Positions 26,371-35,482 of a stretch of DNA of 64,000 nucleotides are shown piece by piece; the stretch's first letter is position 1; every line of letters begins with the position of its first letter. This DNA comes from Verrucomicrobiota bacterium (GTDB lineage Bacteria; Verrucomicrobiota; Verrucomicrobiia; Limisphaerales; Palsa-1400): NCBI GenBank assembly GCA_049510745.1, contig JBEKYR010000003.1, positions 1 to 64,000 of the forward strand, in the 5' to 3' direction. Position numbers and translations under genes: made by a program. The notes under the pieces were generated by a model, which saw only the letters and a program-made list of their open reading frames with translations, ran no database searches and was not told the DNA's origin.

Positions 26371-27915
26371 ATGAAGAAAACCGCGCCATCCCCGTCCGCC
26401 ATCTTGAAGAAACTCGGCTTGCGCGCCGACAACGCGGGCGTCTTCCAGGGAGAATGGTTTGGCGGCGGCCCGGCGCTCAAAAGCGTTTCTCCCATTGACG
26501 GAAAACTTCTCGCCACGGTGCGCACTGCCACCGCCGCCGATTACGAGCGCGTCGTGGAACGGGCGCAGGCGGCGTTCGCCCGCTGGCAAACCGTCCCGGC
26601 CCCCAAGCGCGGCGAAGTCATCCGCCAATTTGGCAACGCCCTCCGCGCCGCCAAATCGGACCTGGGCCGCCTGGTCACGCTCGAATCCGGCAAAATCCTC
26701 GCCGAAGGCGAAGGCGAGGTGCAGGAAATGATTGACATCTGCGATTTCGCCGTCGGACTCTCGCGCCAGCTCTACGGCCTGACCATTGCCTCGGAACGGC
26801 CGCAGCACCGCATGATGGAGCAATGGCATCCGCTGGGGGTCGTCGGCATCATCTCGGCTTTTAATTTCCCGGTGGCCGTCTGGGCCTGGAACAGCGCGCT
26901 GGCCGTGGTCTGCGGCGACGCGACCTTGTGGAAACCGTCGGGCCAGACGCCGCTGTGCGCCATCGCCACGATCAAAATCGCCGAGCGCGTTTGCCGGGAC
27001 AACGGGGCCGATCCGGCGCTCTTCAGCCTGGCCATCGGCGGGCGCGAAGCGGTCGGCGAGAAAATGGCCGGCGATCCGCGGTTGCCGCTCATTTCCGCGA
27101 CCGGCTCGACGCGGATGGGCCGCGACATCGGCGAAAAAGTGCAGCGCCGCCTGGGCCGCGCGCTGCTCGAACTGGGCGGCAACAACGGCCTGATCGTCGC
27201 CGCCTCGGCCAATCTCGACCTGGCGGCGCGGGCGATCCTGTTCGGCGCGGTCGGCACGGCCGGACAGCGTTGCACCACGACCCGGCGCCTGTTCGTTCAC
27301 CGGTCGCTGGAAAAAGAACTTACCCAACGCCTCATCGCCGCCTATCGGCAGGTGCCGATCGGCCATCCGCTGGACCCCCGGACCTTGATAGGACCGCTCA
27401 TCAGCGTGGGCGCGGTCGAGGCGATGCAGCGGGCGTTGCGGCGGCTGCGGGAGGAAGGCGGGGAAATCCTTTACGGCGGCGAGCCGCTGGCGGGTGCGAA
27501 ATATCCCGGCGGCCGCTACGTCACTCCCTGCCTGGCAAAGGCCGGGCCGCAATCGGAGATCGTCCGCGAGGAAACCTTCGCGCCAATTCTATATTTGACT
27601 CCGTTCGAGGAAATCGGGCAGGCCATCGCCTGGCACAACGCCGTGCCGCAGGGCTTGAGCAGCGCCATCTTCACCAACGACCTGCGCGAAGCGGAGCTGT
27701 TCCTGTCCAGCCGCGGCAGCGATTGCGGCATCGCCAACGTGAACCTCGGCACCAGCGGCGCGGAAATCGGCGGCGCCTTTGGCGGGGAAAAGGAAACCGG
27801 CGGCGGACGCGAAAGCGGCAGCGACGCCTGGAAAAACTACATGCGCCGCCAAACGGTGACGATCAATTACTCCGCCGCCCTGCCGCTGGCCCAAGGTATC
27901 CGGTTCGGAGGATAG
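26371..27915 (+). CDS. Alpha-aminoadipic semialdehyde / piperideine-6-carboxylate dehydrogenase (ALDH7)
   Basis: Motifs GEVQEMIDICDFAVGLSRQL, AFNFPVAVWAWN, GTAGQRCT and GAEIGGAFGGEKETGGGRESGSD. Directly follows lat. Confidence 0.93.
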   Translation: MKKTAPSPSAILKKLGLRADNAGVFQGEWFGGGPALKSVSPIDGKLLATVRTATAADYERVVERAQAAFARWQTVPAPKRGEVIRQFGNALRAAKSDLGRLVTLESGKILAEGEGEVQEMIDICDFAVGLSRQLYGLTIASERPQHRMMEQWHPLGVVGIISAFNFPVAVWAWNSALAVVCGDATLWKPSGQTPLCAIATIKIAERVCRDNGADPALFSLAIGGREAVGEKMAGDPRLPLISATGSTRMGRDIGEKVQRRLGRALLELGGNNGLIVAASANLDLAARAILFGAVGTAGQRCTTTRRLFVHRSLEKELTQRLIAAYRQVPIGHPLDPRTLIGPLISVGAVEAMQRALRRLREEGGEILYGGEPLAGAKYPGGRYVTPCLAKAGPQSEIVREETFAPILYLTPFEEIGQAIAWHNAVPQGLSSAIFTNDLREAELFLSSRGSDCGIANVNLGTSGAEIGGAFGGEKETGGGRESGSDAWKNYMRRQTVTINYSAALPLAQGIRFGG

Positions 27916-27964
27916 GCGCGGCACAGGCCCGCGAATTCACTGGCGGCAAGAGTGCGGGAATCCG

Positions 27965-28003
27965 CAATTGCAAATTGAAAATTTTCAATTCCCAATTTTC
28001 AAT
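27965..28003. repeat. Short AAATTG/CAATT repeat hairpin
   Basis: gcaattgcaaattgaaaattttcaattcccaattttcaat, an AT-rich self-complementary patch in a GC-rich intergenic region. Confidence 0.5.
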
Positions 28004-28078
28004 CCCGGCGTTCATTTGGCCGCCTCGTCTGAGAATCGTCTTGGCACGGCGCGGTGATGGCGGGACAATTCCCGGCGC

Positions 28079-29710
28079 ATGACCTTTCTGCCTGTCGTGG
28101 AGCGGGAATTGCGGGTGGCGGCGCGCCGGCGCGGCACCTATCGCAGCCGTTTCCTGGCGGCTGTGGCCGCCTCGGTCATCACCGCGTGGGTTTTGATGGC
28201 CACCAGCGATTCCAGCGAGGAGACCGGCGCCGTTCTGTTCAAGTTCCTGGCCTCGCTGCTTTTTCTTTACACCGGAATCGTCGGAACCCAGGTGACCAGC
28301 GATTGCCTGAGCGAGGAAAAACGGGAAGGGACCCTCGGATTGCTATTCTTGACGGACTTGAAAGGCTACGACGTGGTTTTCGGCAAACTGGCCGCGACCT
28401 CGCTCAACGTGCTTTACGGAATGCTGGCGGTGGTGCCGGTGCTGGCCATTCCCCTGTTGCTGGGCGCCGTCAGCCGCGCCGAGGTGCTCCGCGTGGTTTT
28501 CCTGTCGGTCAACCTTTTGTTTTTCTTCCTCAGCCTGGGGCTGGCCGCCTCGGCCCTCTGCCGCCAGGACCACTCGGCGATGGGACTGTCAATCATTGTG
28601 GCGGTGGCGCTGCTGGCGGGGTGGCCGCTGGCGTCCCAACTCCGGATTCACCCGGATCCCAATCCCCACGCCGCCCTGCTTTCCAGCCCGGCCTACGGCT
28701 GTTTCCTCGCCTTTGACGACCCCGCCAACCCGAATAAGCAAGCCGACTTCTGGCCAAATGCCCTCGTCACACAGTTCTATTCCTGGATTTTTTTCGGGCT
28801 GGCCTGCTGGTGGACGCCCCGCTCCTGGCAGGATGCGACCGCCGGGAACAGGGCCGGTTCGCGGCCCGGCGGGTGGAGCGAAAGCGCCGCCGCCAGGCGC
28901 GCGCGCGCGCGGGCGGACTTGCTGGCGCAGGAACCGTTTTTGTGGCGGGCGTCCCGGCCGGAAACCAGGCGGGCCTGGGTCTGGCTGCCCGTGGCGCTGG
29001 GGGGGATGTTCTGGTTCTGGACCGGCCGTGTCTGGATGGACGAGATGTTTGAACCGGCGCGCGACCTTCTGGTTCTCGCCGTGACTGGCACGATTCTCAA
29101 ATGCTGGCTTGCTGTGGCCGCCAGCCGCACTCTGGCCGAAGACCGGCGCACCGGCGGCTTGGAACTGCTTTTGAGCACGCCGCTGGACGAGAAACAGATC
29201 GTGCGCGGGCAGCGTCTGGCCCTGCGGCGCCAATTCGCCGCGCCGGTGCTGACGCTCCTGCTGGCCAACGTCATCTTCCTGATCATGGAATTGCAGAAGC
29301 TCGCGGGCGAAGATCGCCAGGGCTTGGTCTGGCTGCATCTTTTTGTCGGCGCGTTTCTCGTGCTGGACATGCTGGCCCTGAGTTGGGCGGGGATGTGGCT
29401 GGGATTGATCAGCCGCAAACCGAATCGCGCCGCCATCCTCGCGATCTTCAAGATTTTGGCGCTGCCGTGCCTGCTCTTTGTCATCGGACTGTCCCTTTAC
29501 GTCATGGCCGCGTCGTGGTGGACCCCGGATTGGCCCGGAGTGCTGATCTTTCCGAGTTTGCTGGGACTGGGCACCAACCTCTTCTTCTCGTTGGAAGCCC
29601 ATGCGAAACTCTCCGGCCAGTTCAGGACCGTCGTGTCCGAGGGGCCGGCCCGCCGGCGCCCGGCGCAACCCCGGCCGCCCTCCGCTCCCGCCCTGGCCGA
29701 GGTGGAATGA
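28079..29710 (+). CDS. ABC-2-type transporter permease
   Basis: MTFLPVVERELR start, DCLSEEKREGTLGLLFLTDL...VVFGK, a second EDRRTGGLELLLSTPL motif, and many TM helices. Confidence 0.85.
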   Translation: MTFLPVVERELRVAARRRGTYRSRFLAAVAASVITAWVLMATSDSSEETGAVLFKFLASLLFLYTGIVGTQVTSDCLSEEKREGTLGLLFLTDLKGYDVVFGKLAATSLNVLYGMLAVVPVLAIPLLLGAVSRAEVLRVVFLSVNLLFFFLSLGLAASALCRQDHSAMGLSIIVAVALLAGWPLASQLRIHPDPNPHAALLSSPAYGCFLAFDDPANPNKQADFWPNALVTQFYSWIFFGLACWWTPRSWQDATAGNRAGSRPGGWSESAAARRARARADLLAQEPFLWRASRPETRRAWVWLPVALGGMFWFWTGRVWMDEMFEPARDLLVLAVTGTILKCWLAVAASRTLAEDRRTGGLELLLSTPLDEKQIVRGQRLALRRQFAAPVLTLLLANVIFLIMELQKLAGEDRQGLVWLHLFVGAFLVLDMLALSWAGMWLGLISRKPNRAAILAIFKILALPCLLFVIGLSLYVMAASWWTPDWPGVLIFPSLLGLGTNLFFSLEAHAKLSGQFRTVVSEGPARRRPAQPRPPSAPALAEVE

Positions 29711-31230
29711 CTTTCCTGCCCATAGTCGAACGGGAACTGCGCCTGGCGGCCCGCCGCAAATCCACTTTCGCCATCCGCGGCGCCGTCGCTTTGCTCGCCA
29801 GCGTCATTGGCGGCCTTTTTCTCCTGTTTTCCGCCTTGGACAGCAGGTCGGCTCACCAAGCCGGAGCGATGGTCTTTATCACCCTCTCCTGGTACACCCT
29901 GATTCTCTCGTTGCTGGCCGGGGTTTTTTTGGCGTCCGATTGCCTGAGCGAGGAGCGGCGGGAAGGGACGCTCGGGTTTTTATTTTTGACGGATTTGAAA
30001 GGCTACGACGTGGTCCTGGGCAAGTTCGCCGCGGTGGCGCTCAACGCCTTCTACGGCTTGCTGGCGGTGCTGCCCGTGCTCAGTCTCTGCCTGCTGGCGG
30101 GCGGCGTCACGGGCGCGGAGTTCTGGCGCATGTGCCTGGCGCTGGTCAACACGCTCTTCTTTTCCGTGGCCCTGGCGATCTGGGTGTCGGCCAACTGCCA
30201 GTCCGCCTACCGCGCCATGTCGGCGACTATCGCCCTGCTGGTCGCGTTCCTCGCGCTGACCGGCATCGCCTCAGCTTTGGCATCGGTGATGACCCTGTTT
30301 TCGACGGCGCTGTTCTATGTTGGCGCCGTCAGTCCGGTGGCGGCCTTCCTGCGGGCGCCGGACGCGGGCTTCTCGCATCAAGCCGGCGTATTTTGGACCT
30401 CGCTGGGCGTATCGCACCTGGCGGGCTGGACGTTCCTGGGGTTGGCCAGTTGGCGGCTGAAGTTCTTCACCGAAACGGCCCGGAGCAGCGGCGTCTGGCA
30501 GCGAGTTCTGACGCGGAACATCCTGGCCGGCAAATCCGCAAGACGGTCCGAGCTGCTGGAGATCAACCCGGTTCTCTGGTTGCTGGACGATTCCCGGCGG
30601 CTGCGCTGGGTGGCCTGGGGTGTGGCGCTGGCAGGCGCAGTCGCATTAATCCTCGTCGCTTCAAAATCATGGGAGATGGCCTCGATTGGCAGCCTCTTCC
30701 TGGCGTGGCCGTTTTACTTCCTGCTCAAACTCTTTTTCGCCGTTCAGGCCTGCCGTTTTTTCAGCGAAGCGCGCCGCACCGGATCGCTGGAACTGTTGTG
30801 CTGCACCCCCATCACCATGAAGACCATGATCCGCGGCCAATGGCTGGCCTTGCGCCGGCTCTTTATGTGGCCGGTCATCGTCCTCATCGTCGCGCAATTG
30901 CTTTGCGTGGGCGTATCGTTGTTCTTTTTCGCCTCCGCCCATCGCCGGATTCCTGTCTTCAACGCCGCGTGGTTTCCCCTTTTGACGCTGCTGCAAATTG
31001 TCCCGGACTTTTTCGCACTCGGCTGGTTCGGCATGTGGAGCGCCCTCTCGTTCCGCAAGCCGGGTACGGCGGCGGGCCTGACCATTCTTTACGTGCTCAT
31101 TCTCCCGAGGATTTTATCGTGCATTCCCATGCTCTCGCTGGTGACCGACGCCATTTTCATCGGCGTCGGCTGTTCCAAACTCCAGGAAGACTTCCGCCGC
31201 CGGCCAGTGGACTGGAGCGCATCGAGATGA
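29707..31230 (+). CDS. ABC-2-type transporter permease (paralog of the preceding gene)
   Basis: MTFLPIVERELR, DCLSEERREGTLGFLFLTDLKGYDVVLGK and EARRTGSLELLCCTP. ATGA overlap with the upstream gene. Confidence 0.85.
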   Translation: MTFLPIVERELRLAARRKSTFAIRGAVALLASVIGGLFLLFSALDSRSAHQAGAMVFITLSWYTLILSLLAGVFLASDCLSEERREGTLGFLFLTDLKGYDVVLGKFAAVALNAFYGLLAVLPVLSLCLLAGGVTGAEFWRMCLALVNTLFFSVALAIWVSANCQSAYRAMSATIALLVAFLALTGIASALASVMTLFSTALFYVGAVSPVAAFLRAPDAGFSHQAGVFWTSLGVSHLAGWTFLGLASWRLKFFTETARSSGVWQRVLTRNILAGKSARRSELLEINPVLWLLDDSRRLRWVAWGVALAGAVALILVASKSWEMASIGSLFLAWPFYFLLKLFFAVQACRFFSEARRTGSLELLCCTPITMKTMIRGQWLALRRLFMWPVIVLIVAQLLCVGVSLFFFASAHRRIPVFNAAWFPLLTLLQIVPDFFALGWFGMWSALSFRKPGTAAGLTILYVLILPRILSCIPMLSLVTDAIFIGVGCSKLQEDFRRRPVDWSASR

Positions 31231-31297
31231 CCCTTCCCGCCGGCCAGTCCTTCTTGCTGGGCGTGTGCCCCGTTCAATAAGCCGCCCGACCACGTCC

Positions 31298-31477
31298 TCA
31301 CCAAGTCTCGACGGAATCCGCCGCGAAGATTTTCTCCAGCAATTCCCTGTAATCCGGCCCGGGCCGGGTCAAATCCGCCACCTCGATTTCATTCTCCGGC
31401 CGGATCTTCTGGCGCGCGATGACCTCCCGCGCCAAAGCGTCATCCGGGCGGGTGAGGATGTGCAAGACGCGGCGCAT
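31298..31477 (-). CDS. Small DsrH/TusB-like protein (59 aa; below the ORF-track cutoff)
   Basis: Manual translation MRRVLHILTRPDDALAREVIARQKIRPENEIEVADLTRPGPDYRELLEKIFAADSVETW*. LHIL start and DY..L...I......TW end as in DsrH/TusB. Starts 2 nt after the dsrF-like stop. Confidence 0.7.
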   Translation of the reverse strand: MRRVLHILTRPDDALAREVIARQKIRPENEIEVADLTRPGPDYRELLEKIFAADSVETW

Positions 31478-31479
31478 GT

Positions 31480-31830
31480 TCAGAAGCGGATGACACAGCT
31501 CCGGCTGGCCGCCAGATCGGCCAATTGGGCGTCGGAAATTTCCTCAAAGGGCAGGGCGGCCTGGCCGAGCCGCGCCAGCCCCGGCGCGCCTTGTTGCACA
31601 TAGACCGGACGGCCTGCCTCCCCCAAAACCGGCAAATAGCGCGCGTAATTCTCCTCGTCCACCAGTTCCTCCGTGTTTTCGGCCAGAACCAGCACCGCCG
31701 CGCCGCGCAGATAGACGGAGACCTGGACCTTTTTCCACGCGCCCACGCCGGCGGCCAGGCGCACCGCTTCGGCCGGGCGGCCGCTGGCGCGGGGGTCTTC
31801 GGTGATGAGAAAAAGCGCGGTGGGATTCAT
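31480..31830 (-). CDS. DsrF/TusC-like protein (DsrE superfamily)
   Basis: ALFLITEDP...AEAVRLAAG, VSVYLRGAAVLVL, and C-terminal LADLAA...VIRF. Confidence 0.75.
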   Translation of the reverse strand: MNPTALFLITEDPRASGRPAEAVRLAAGVGAWKKVQVSVYLRGAAVLVLAENTEELVDEENYARYLPVLGEAGRPVYVQQGAPGLARLGQAALPFEEISDAQLADLAASRSCVIRF

Positions 31831-31839
31831 CGGCCGGGT

Positions 31840-32157
31840 TCAGTTGAAACTGAGAAAGCGGTCCGTGGCCGCCATCAAATCGCTCAACGAAGCCAGGCCG
31901 GCGAAGGCGGCTTGATCGTTCCGCTCGAGGTGGCGGCGGCGCGCGCCGTAAGCGCAGGCGAAGAGCTTGAGGCCGCGGGCGGCCAGCGATTGCAGGCGCG
32001 GATCGCCCAGGCCCCGCACCGCTTCATCGACGCAATAAACATAAACCTCCACCCCTTCTTCCAGCGCGGTTTCCGCCAGACGCAAGGCGTGCTGAAAGGC
32101 GGGCTGGCCGGGCGGGGTGGAGAGCAAAAGTCCGAGTTTCTTGCCACGCAAGGACAT
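31840..32157 (-). CDS. DsrE/TusD-like sulfur-relay protein
   Basis: LLLSTPP...ALRLAETAL, YCVDEAV, conserved Cys in LFACAYGARRR, and GLASLSDLMAATDRFLSF. Confidence 0.85.
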   Translation of the reverse strand: MSLRGKKLGLLLSTPPGQPAFQHALRLAETALEEGVEVYVYCVDEAVRGLGDPRLQSLAARGLKLFACAYGARRRHLERNDQAAFAGLASLSDLMAATDRFLSFN

Positions 32158-32164
32158 CGCCGGC

Positions 32165-32193
32165 AGGCTAGGTCAGGCGGCGGCGGCTGTCAA
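32165..32193 (-). promoter_or_regulatory. Sigma70 promoter of the dsrE-like operon (leaderless geometry)
   Basis: TTGACA-17-TAGCCT, with the ATG 7 nt downstream of the -10 and no SD sequence. Confidence 0.7.
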
Positions 32194-32258
32194 CCTGGCC
32201 CAAAATAATCCCCCATCGTTTTCCTTTACGGCAGCAAATTTTAGCCTATACTGCCGAC

Positions 32259-33377
32259 ATGGTGCCGATTGAGGACAATAAGCTGTTTAAAGAACTTACG
32301 CCCGCCGAACTGCAACTACTGCGCGGGGCCACTCGTGAAATCAACTTCGCCGCCAATCAATTGATCTTCAAGGAAGGCGACCCCGGCAACGGCATCTACT
32401 TCGTCAAAGACGGCATGGTGCAGATTTCGGCGGTGGTGGGCTACGGGGATTTGAAACTGTTGACGCGCATTCCGCCGGGGGACTTGTTTGGGGAAATGGC
32501 GGTGCTGGACAATCAGCCGCGCTCGGCCAGCGCCACCGCCGAGGAAGCCACCACGGTCTATTTCATCACGCGGGAAGACTTGCTGCATCTGCTGGAACGC
32601 ACCCCGCGCCTGGCGGCGGCCCTGGTGCGCGAGATCAGCCGGCGGTTGCGCGAATTCAACAGCAAGTACGTGCGCGAAGTGCTCGAATCCGAACGGCTGG
32701 CGTTGGTCGGCCGCTTCGCCAGTTCCATCGTCCACGATTTGAAGAATCCGCTCAACATCATCGGCATTTCAGCCGACATGGCCTGCATGGCCGGCGCCAC
32801 CACGGAGTCGCGCCAGGTGGCCAAAGTGCGCATTCGCAAGCAAGTCGAGCGCATCACCAACATGGTCACTGAACTGCTCGAGTTCACCCAGGGTTCCCAC
32901 ACCAATTTTGTCCTGGCCCAGGTCGATTTCAAAAGCTTCACCGAGCAACTGATCGAGGAAATCCGGGCCGAAGTGGCCCTCAAATCGGTCACAATCGAAT
33001 ACCTCAACGCCCCGCCCGCCATCCCGGTGCGCATCAATCCCCAGCGTCTCTGCCGGGTCTTTCACAATCTCATCGCCAACGCCGCCGACGCCATGGCCGG
33101 GGGCGGGGCGGTCAAACTGCGGTTCACCGTCAGCGGGGCCGAAGTCATCACGGAACTGGAAGACACCGGCAAAGGCATCGCGCCGCAAATCCTGGACCGG
33201 CTCTTTCAGGCCTTTGCCACTTACGGCAAGGCCAACGGCACCGGTTTGGGCCTTTCCATCTGCAAAAAGATCGTCCAGGACCATCACGGCAGAATCTACG
33301 CCCGCAACGTCCCCGGCGGCGGCGCCCTTTTTGGTTTCACCCTGCCTGTTCCGAACGTTGAATCCAAGCCGGCGTAG
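32259..33377 (+). CDS. Cytoplasmic histidine kinase with N-terminal cyclic-nucleotide-binding domain
   Basis: IFKEGDPG...FGEMAVLDNQPRSASA (cNMP), HDLKNPL (H-box), NLIANA, DTGKGI and GTGLGL. Confidence 0.93.
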   Translation: MVPIEDNKLFKELTPAELQLLRGATREINFAANQLIFKEGDPGNGIYFVKDGMVQISAVVGYGDLKLLTRIPPGDLFGEMAVLDNQPRSASATAEEATTVYFITREDLLHLLERTPRLAAALVREISRRLREFNSKYVREVLESERLALVGRFASSIVHDLKNPLNIIGISADMACMAGATTESRQVAKVRIRKQVERITNMVTELLEFTQGSHTNFVLAQVDFKSFTEQLIEEIRAEVALKSVTIEYLNAPPAIPVRINPQRLCRVFHNLIANAADAMAGGGAVKLRFTVSGAEVITELEDTGKGIAPQILDRLFQAFATYGKANGTGLGLSICKKIVQDHHGRIYARNVPGGGALFGFTLPVPNVESKPA

Positions 33378-33395
33378 TCGCTTCGCCCGCCGAAG

Positions 33396-35234
33396 ATGAA
33401 CCGCATCCGTCTGCTGCCCGAGCAGGTGGCCAACCAGATCGCCGCCGGCGAGGTGGTCGAGCGCCCCGCCAGCGTGGTCAAGGAACTGGTCGAGAACGCC
33501 CTCGACGCCCAGGCCACCCGCCTGACCATCGAAATCCAGGCCGGCGGCCGCAGCCTCGTGCGCGTGACCGACGACGGGGCGGGCATGAGCCGGGACGACG
33601 CGCTGCTTTGCCTGGAGCGCCACGCGACCAGCAAGATCACGCGCGCCGAGGATTTGAGTTCGATTGCCACGATGGGCTTTCGCGGCGAAGCCCTGCCCAG
33701 CATCGCCAGCGTCAGCCGTTTCACCCTCACCACCCGCGAGCGGGACAGCGCCACGCCCGAAGGCACCCAGGTGGTCGTCACCGGCGGCAAGATCGTGGCC
33801 GTCAAAGCCTGCGGCAGCGCCCCGGGCGCCAGCGTCGAAGTCCGCCAGCTTTTTTTCAATCTGCCCGCGCGCCGAAAATTCCTGCGCACGGAGGAAACCG
33901 AGTCGGCCCACATCCAGCATTACTTGACGCTGGCTGCCCTGGCTTTTCCCGGCGTCGCGTTTGAGTTTTTCAAGGAAGGCCGGGCCGTCTGGCAATTGCC
34001 CGCCGTGAAATGCCGGGACAAACTGGAGGCCTTGCGCGAACGTCTGCGCGCCCTTTCCGGCCATGACGAAAAGTTGTTGGCCGTCGATTTTTCCGCCGAT
34101 CTGCCGGCGGCGGTTGAAGAGGAGGAGACGGCGGCGGCGGAGCCGGCGCGCTTTGCCGTTTGGGGATTCATCGGCGCGCCCGGGGTTTCGCGGGCCACGC
34201 GGGAAGAACAGCATGTCTTCGTGAACCGGCGGCCGGTGGAAAACCGCGGGGTCAATTTCGCGCTGCTCGAAGGCTACCACACCGCCCTGATGAAAGGCCG
34301 CTACCCCGTCTGCTGCCTGTTGATCGAGGTCAATCCCGCAGAGGTGGATGTCAACATTCACCCGGCCAAACGGGAAATAAAGTTCCACCGGGAAAAGGCG
34401 GTGCGGGGGTTGCTCGCCCGCGCGGTGTCGGAAACGCTGCTCAAGTTCCACGCCCCGGCGAATGTCCGTCCCCCGGTTCCGCCCGCCGCGCCGCCGCCGG
34501 CTCCGGCGCCCCGGCCCGAACCGGTGGAGTTGCCGGAATTTGGCGGGCTTTCCACGCCGCCGCCCGTGCGCCCGGCTTTCGCGCCGCCGCCGCTGGCCGT
34601 CGCGCCTCCGCCCGCGCCGCCCGCCGCGCCGCACCCGTCGGCTCTCCTGCAAGTGCCGCTGCGTCTGGTCGGCGTGATCGGCAAATTATATGTGGTGCTG
34701 GAGTCGGACCGGGGACTGGTGCTGCTGGACCAGCACGCGGCGCACGAGCGGGTTTTGTTCGAGCAGATGCTCCGCCGGCTGGAGGAAAGCGGAACCGCGC
34801 CGTCGCAACGGCTGCTGTTGCCGGAAACGGTCGAACTGAGCGCGCGCGACGCGCAGTTCCTGCGGGAGCAACTGCCGGCGCTGACCCGTTTGGGGGTCGG
34901 TCTGAGCGAATTTGGCGAGCAGACCTTTCTGCTGGACGCGCTGCCGCCGTTCGTCAAGGCCGGCCAGCCGCGCCGGTTCATTTTGGAGCTGGTGGATGAA
35001 CTGAAAGCGGCGGGACAAGGCATCAACGCCCTGCGTTTGGGCGAGCACACCATTGCCAAAACCGTCTGCCGTCACGCCGTCAAGGCCAACGATCCGCTGG
35101 CCGGACCGGAATTGGAAAACCTGGTCGAGGCCCTGCGCCACTGCGCGATGCCCTACACCTGCCCGCACGGACGCCCGACGCTGATCGAGATGAATTTCCG
35201 CGAATTGGAAAAAAAATTCGGGCGGGCGCAGTGA
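33396..35234 (+). CDS. mutL: DNA mismatch repair endonuclease MutL
   Basis: NQIAAGEVVERPASVVKELVEN, GFRGEAL, DVNIHPAK, endonuclease motif DQHAAHER, and CPHGRP. Confidence 0.97.
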   Translation: MNRIRLLPEQVANQIAAGEVVERPASVVKELVENALDAQATRLTIEIQAGGRSLVRVTDDGAGMSRDDALLCLERHATSKITRAEDLSSIATMGFRGEALPSIASVSRFTLTTRERDSATPEGTQVVVTGGKIVAVKACGSAPGASVEVRQLFFNLPARRKFLRTEETESAHIQHYLTLAALAFPGVAFEFFKEGRAVWQLPAVKCRDKLEALRERLRALSGHDEKLLAVDFSADLPAAVEEEETAAAEPARFAVWGFIGAPGVSRATREEQHVFVNRRPVENRGVNFALLEGYHTALMKGRYPVCCLLIEVNPAEVDVNIHPAKREIKFHREKAVRGLLARAVSETLLKFHAPANVRPPVPPAAPPPAPAPRPEPVELPEFGGLSTPPPVRPAFAPPPLAVAPPPAPPAAPHPSALLQVPLRLVGVIGKLYVVLESDRGLVLLDQHAAHERVLFEQMLRRLEESGTAPSQRLLLPETVELSARDAQFLREQLPALTRLGVGLSEFGEQTFLLDALPPFVKAGQPRRFILELVDELKAAGQGINALRLGEHTIAKTVCRHAVKANDPLAGPELENLVEALRHCAMPYTCPHGRPTLIEMNFRELEKKFGRAQ

Positions 35235-35353
35235 CTGCCACGGTGATATTGGTCAACGGATGATCATGAAAGATTTGTTGCGGCTGTTATGCAGCCTTCG
35301 GACCGGCGGGGTGAACCATCCTTTGTAAGGGCAGTTGAGCAGGTGCTGCAAAA

Positions 35354-35472
35354 CTGGCTCATGAAGACCCTTCTGCGCCCCGGACGCGCGGCAGCGCGTC
35401 CCTACCACCCGAAAACCGGTAGGGACGCGCTGCCGCGCGTCCGGGGGTTCCCTAAAAGGTTTCATGAGCCAG
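35354..35472. repeat. REPIN-like doublet: perfect 29-bp inverted GTAG-type REP pair inside an outer 12-bp inverted repeat
   Basis: 35378-35406 is the exact reverse complement of 35418-35446 (GGTAGGGACGCGCTGCCGCGCGTCCGGGG). CTGGCTCATGAA (35354) pairs with TTCATGAGCCAG (35461). Confidence 0.85.
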
Positions 35473-35482
35473 CCGTGCGCCT

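Noticed and set aside
28051..28068. Sigma54 promoter (TTGGCACG...) upstream of the ABC permeases
   Set aside because: The -24 element matches but there is no TTGC/GC at -12.
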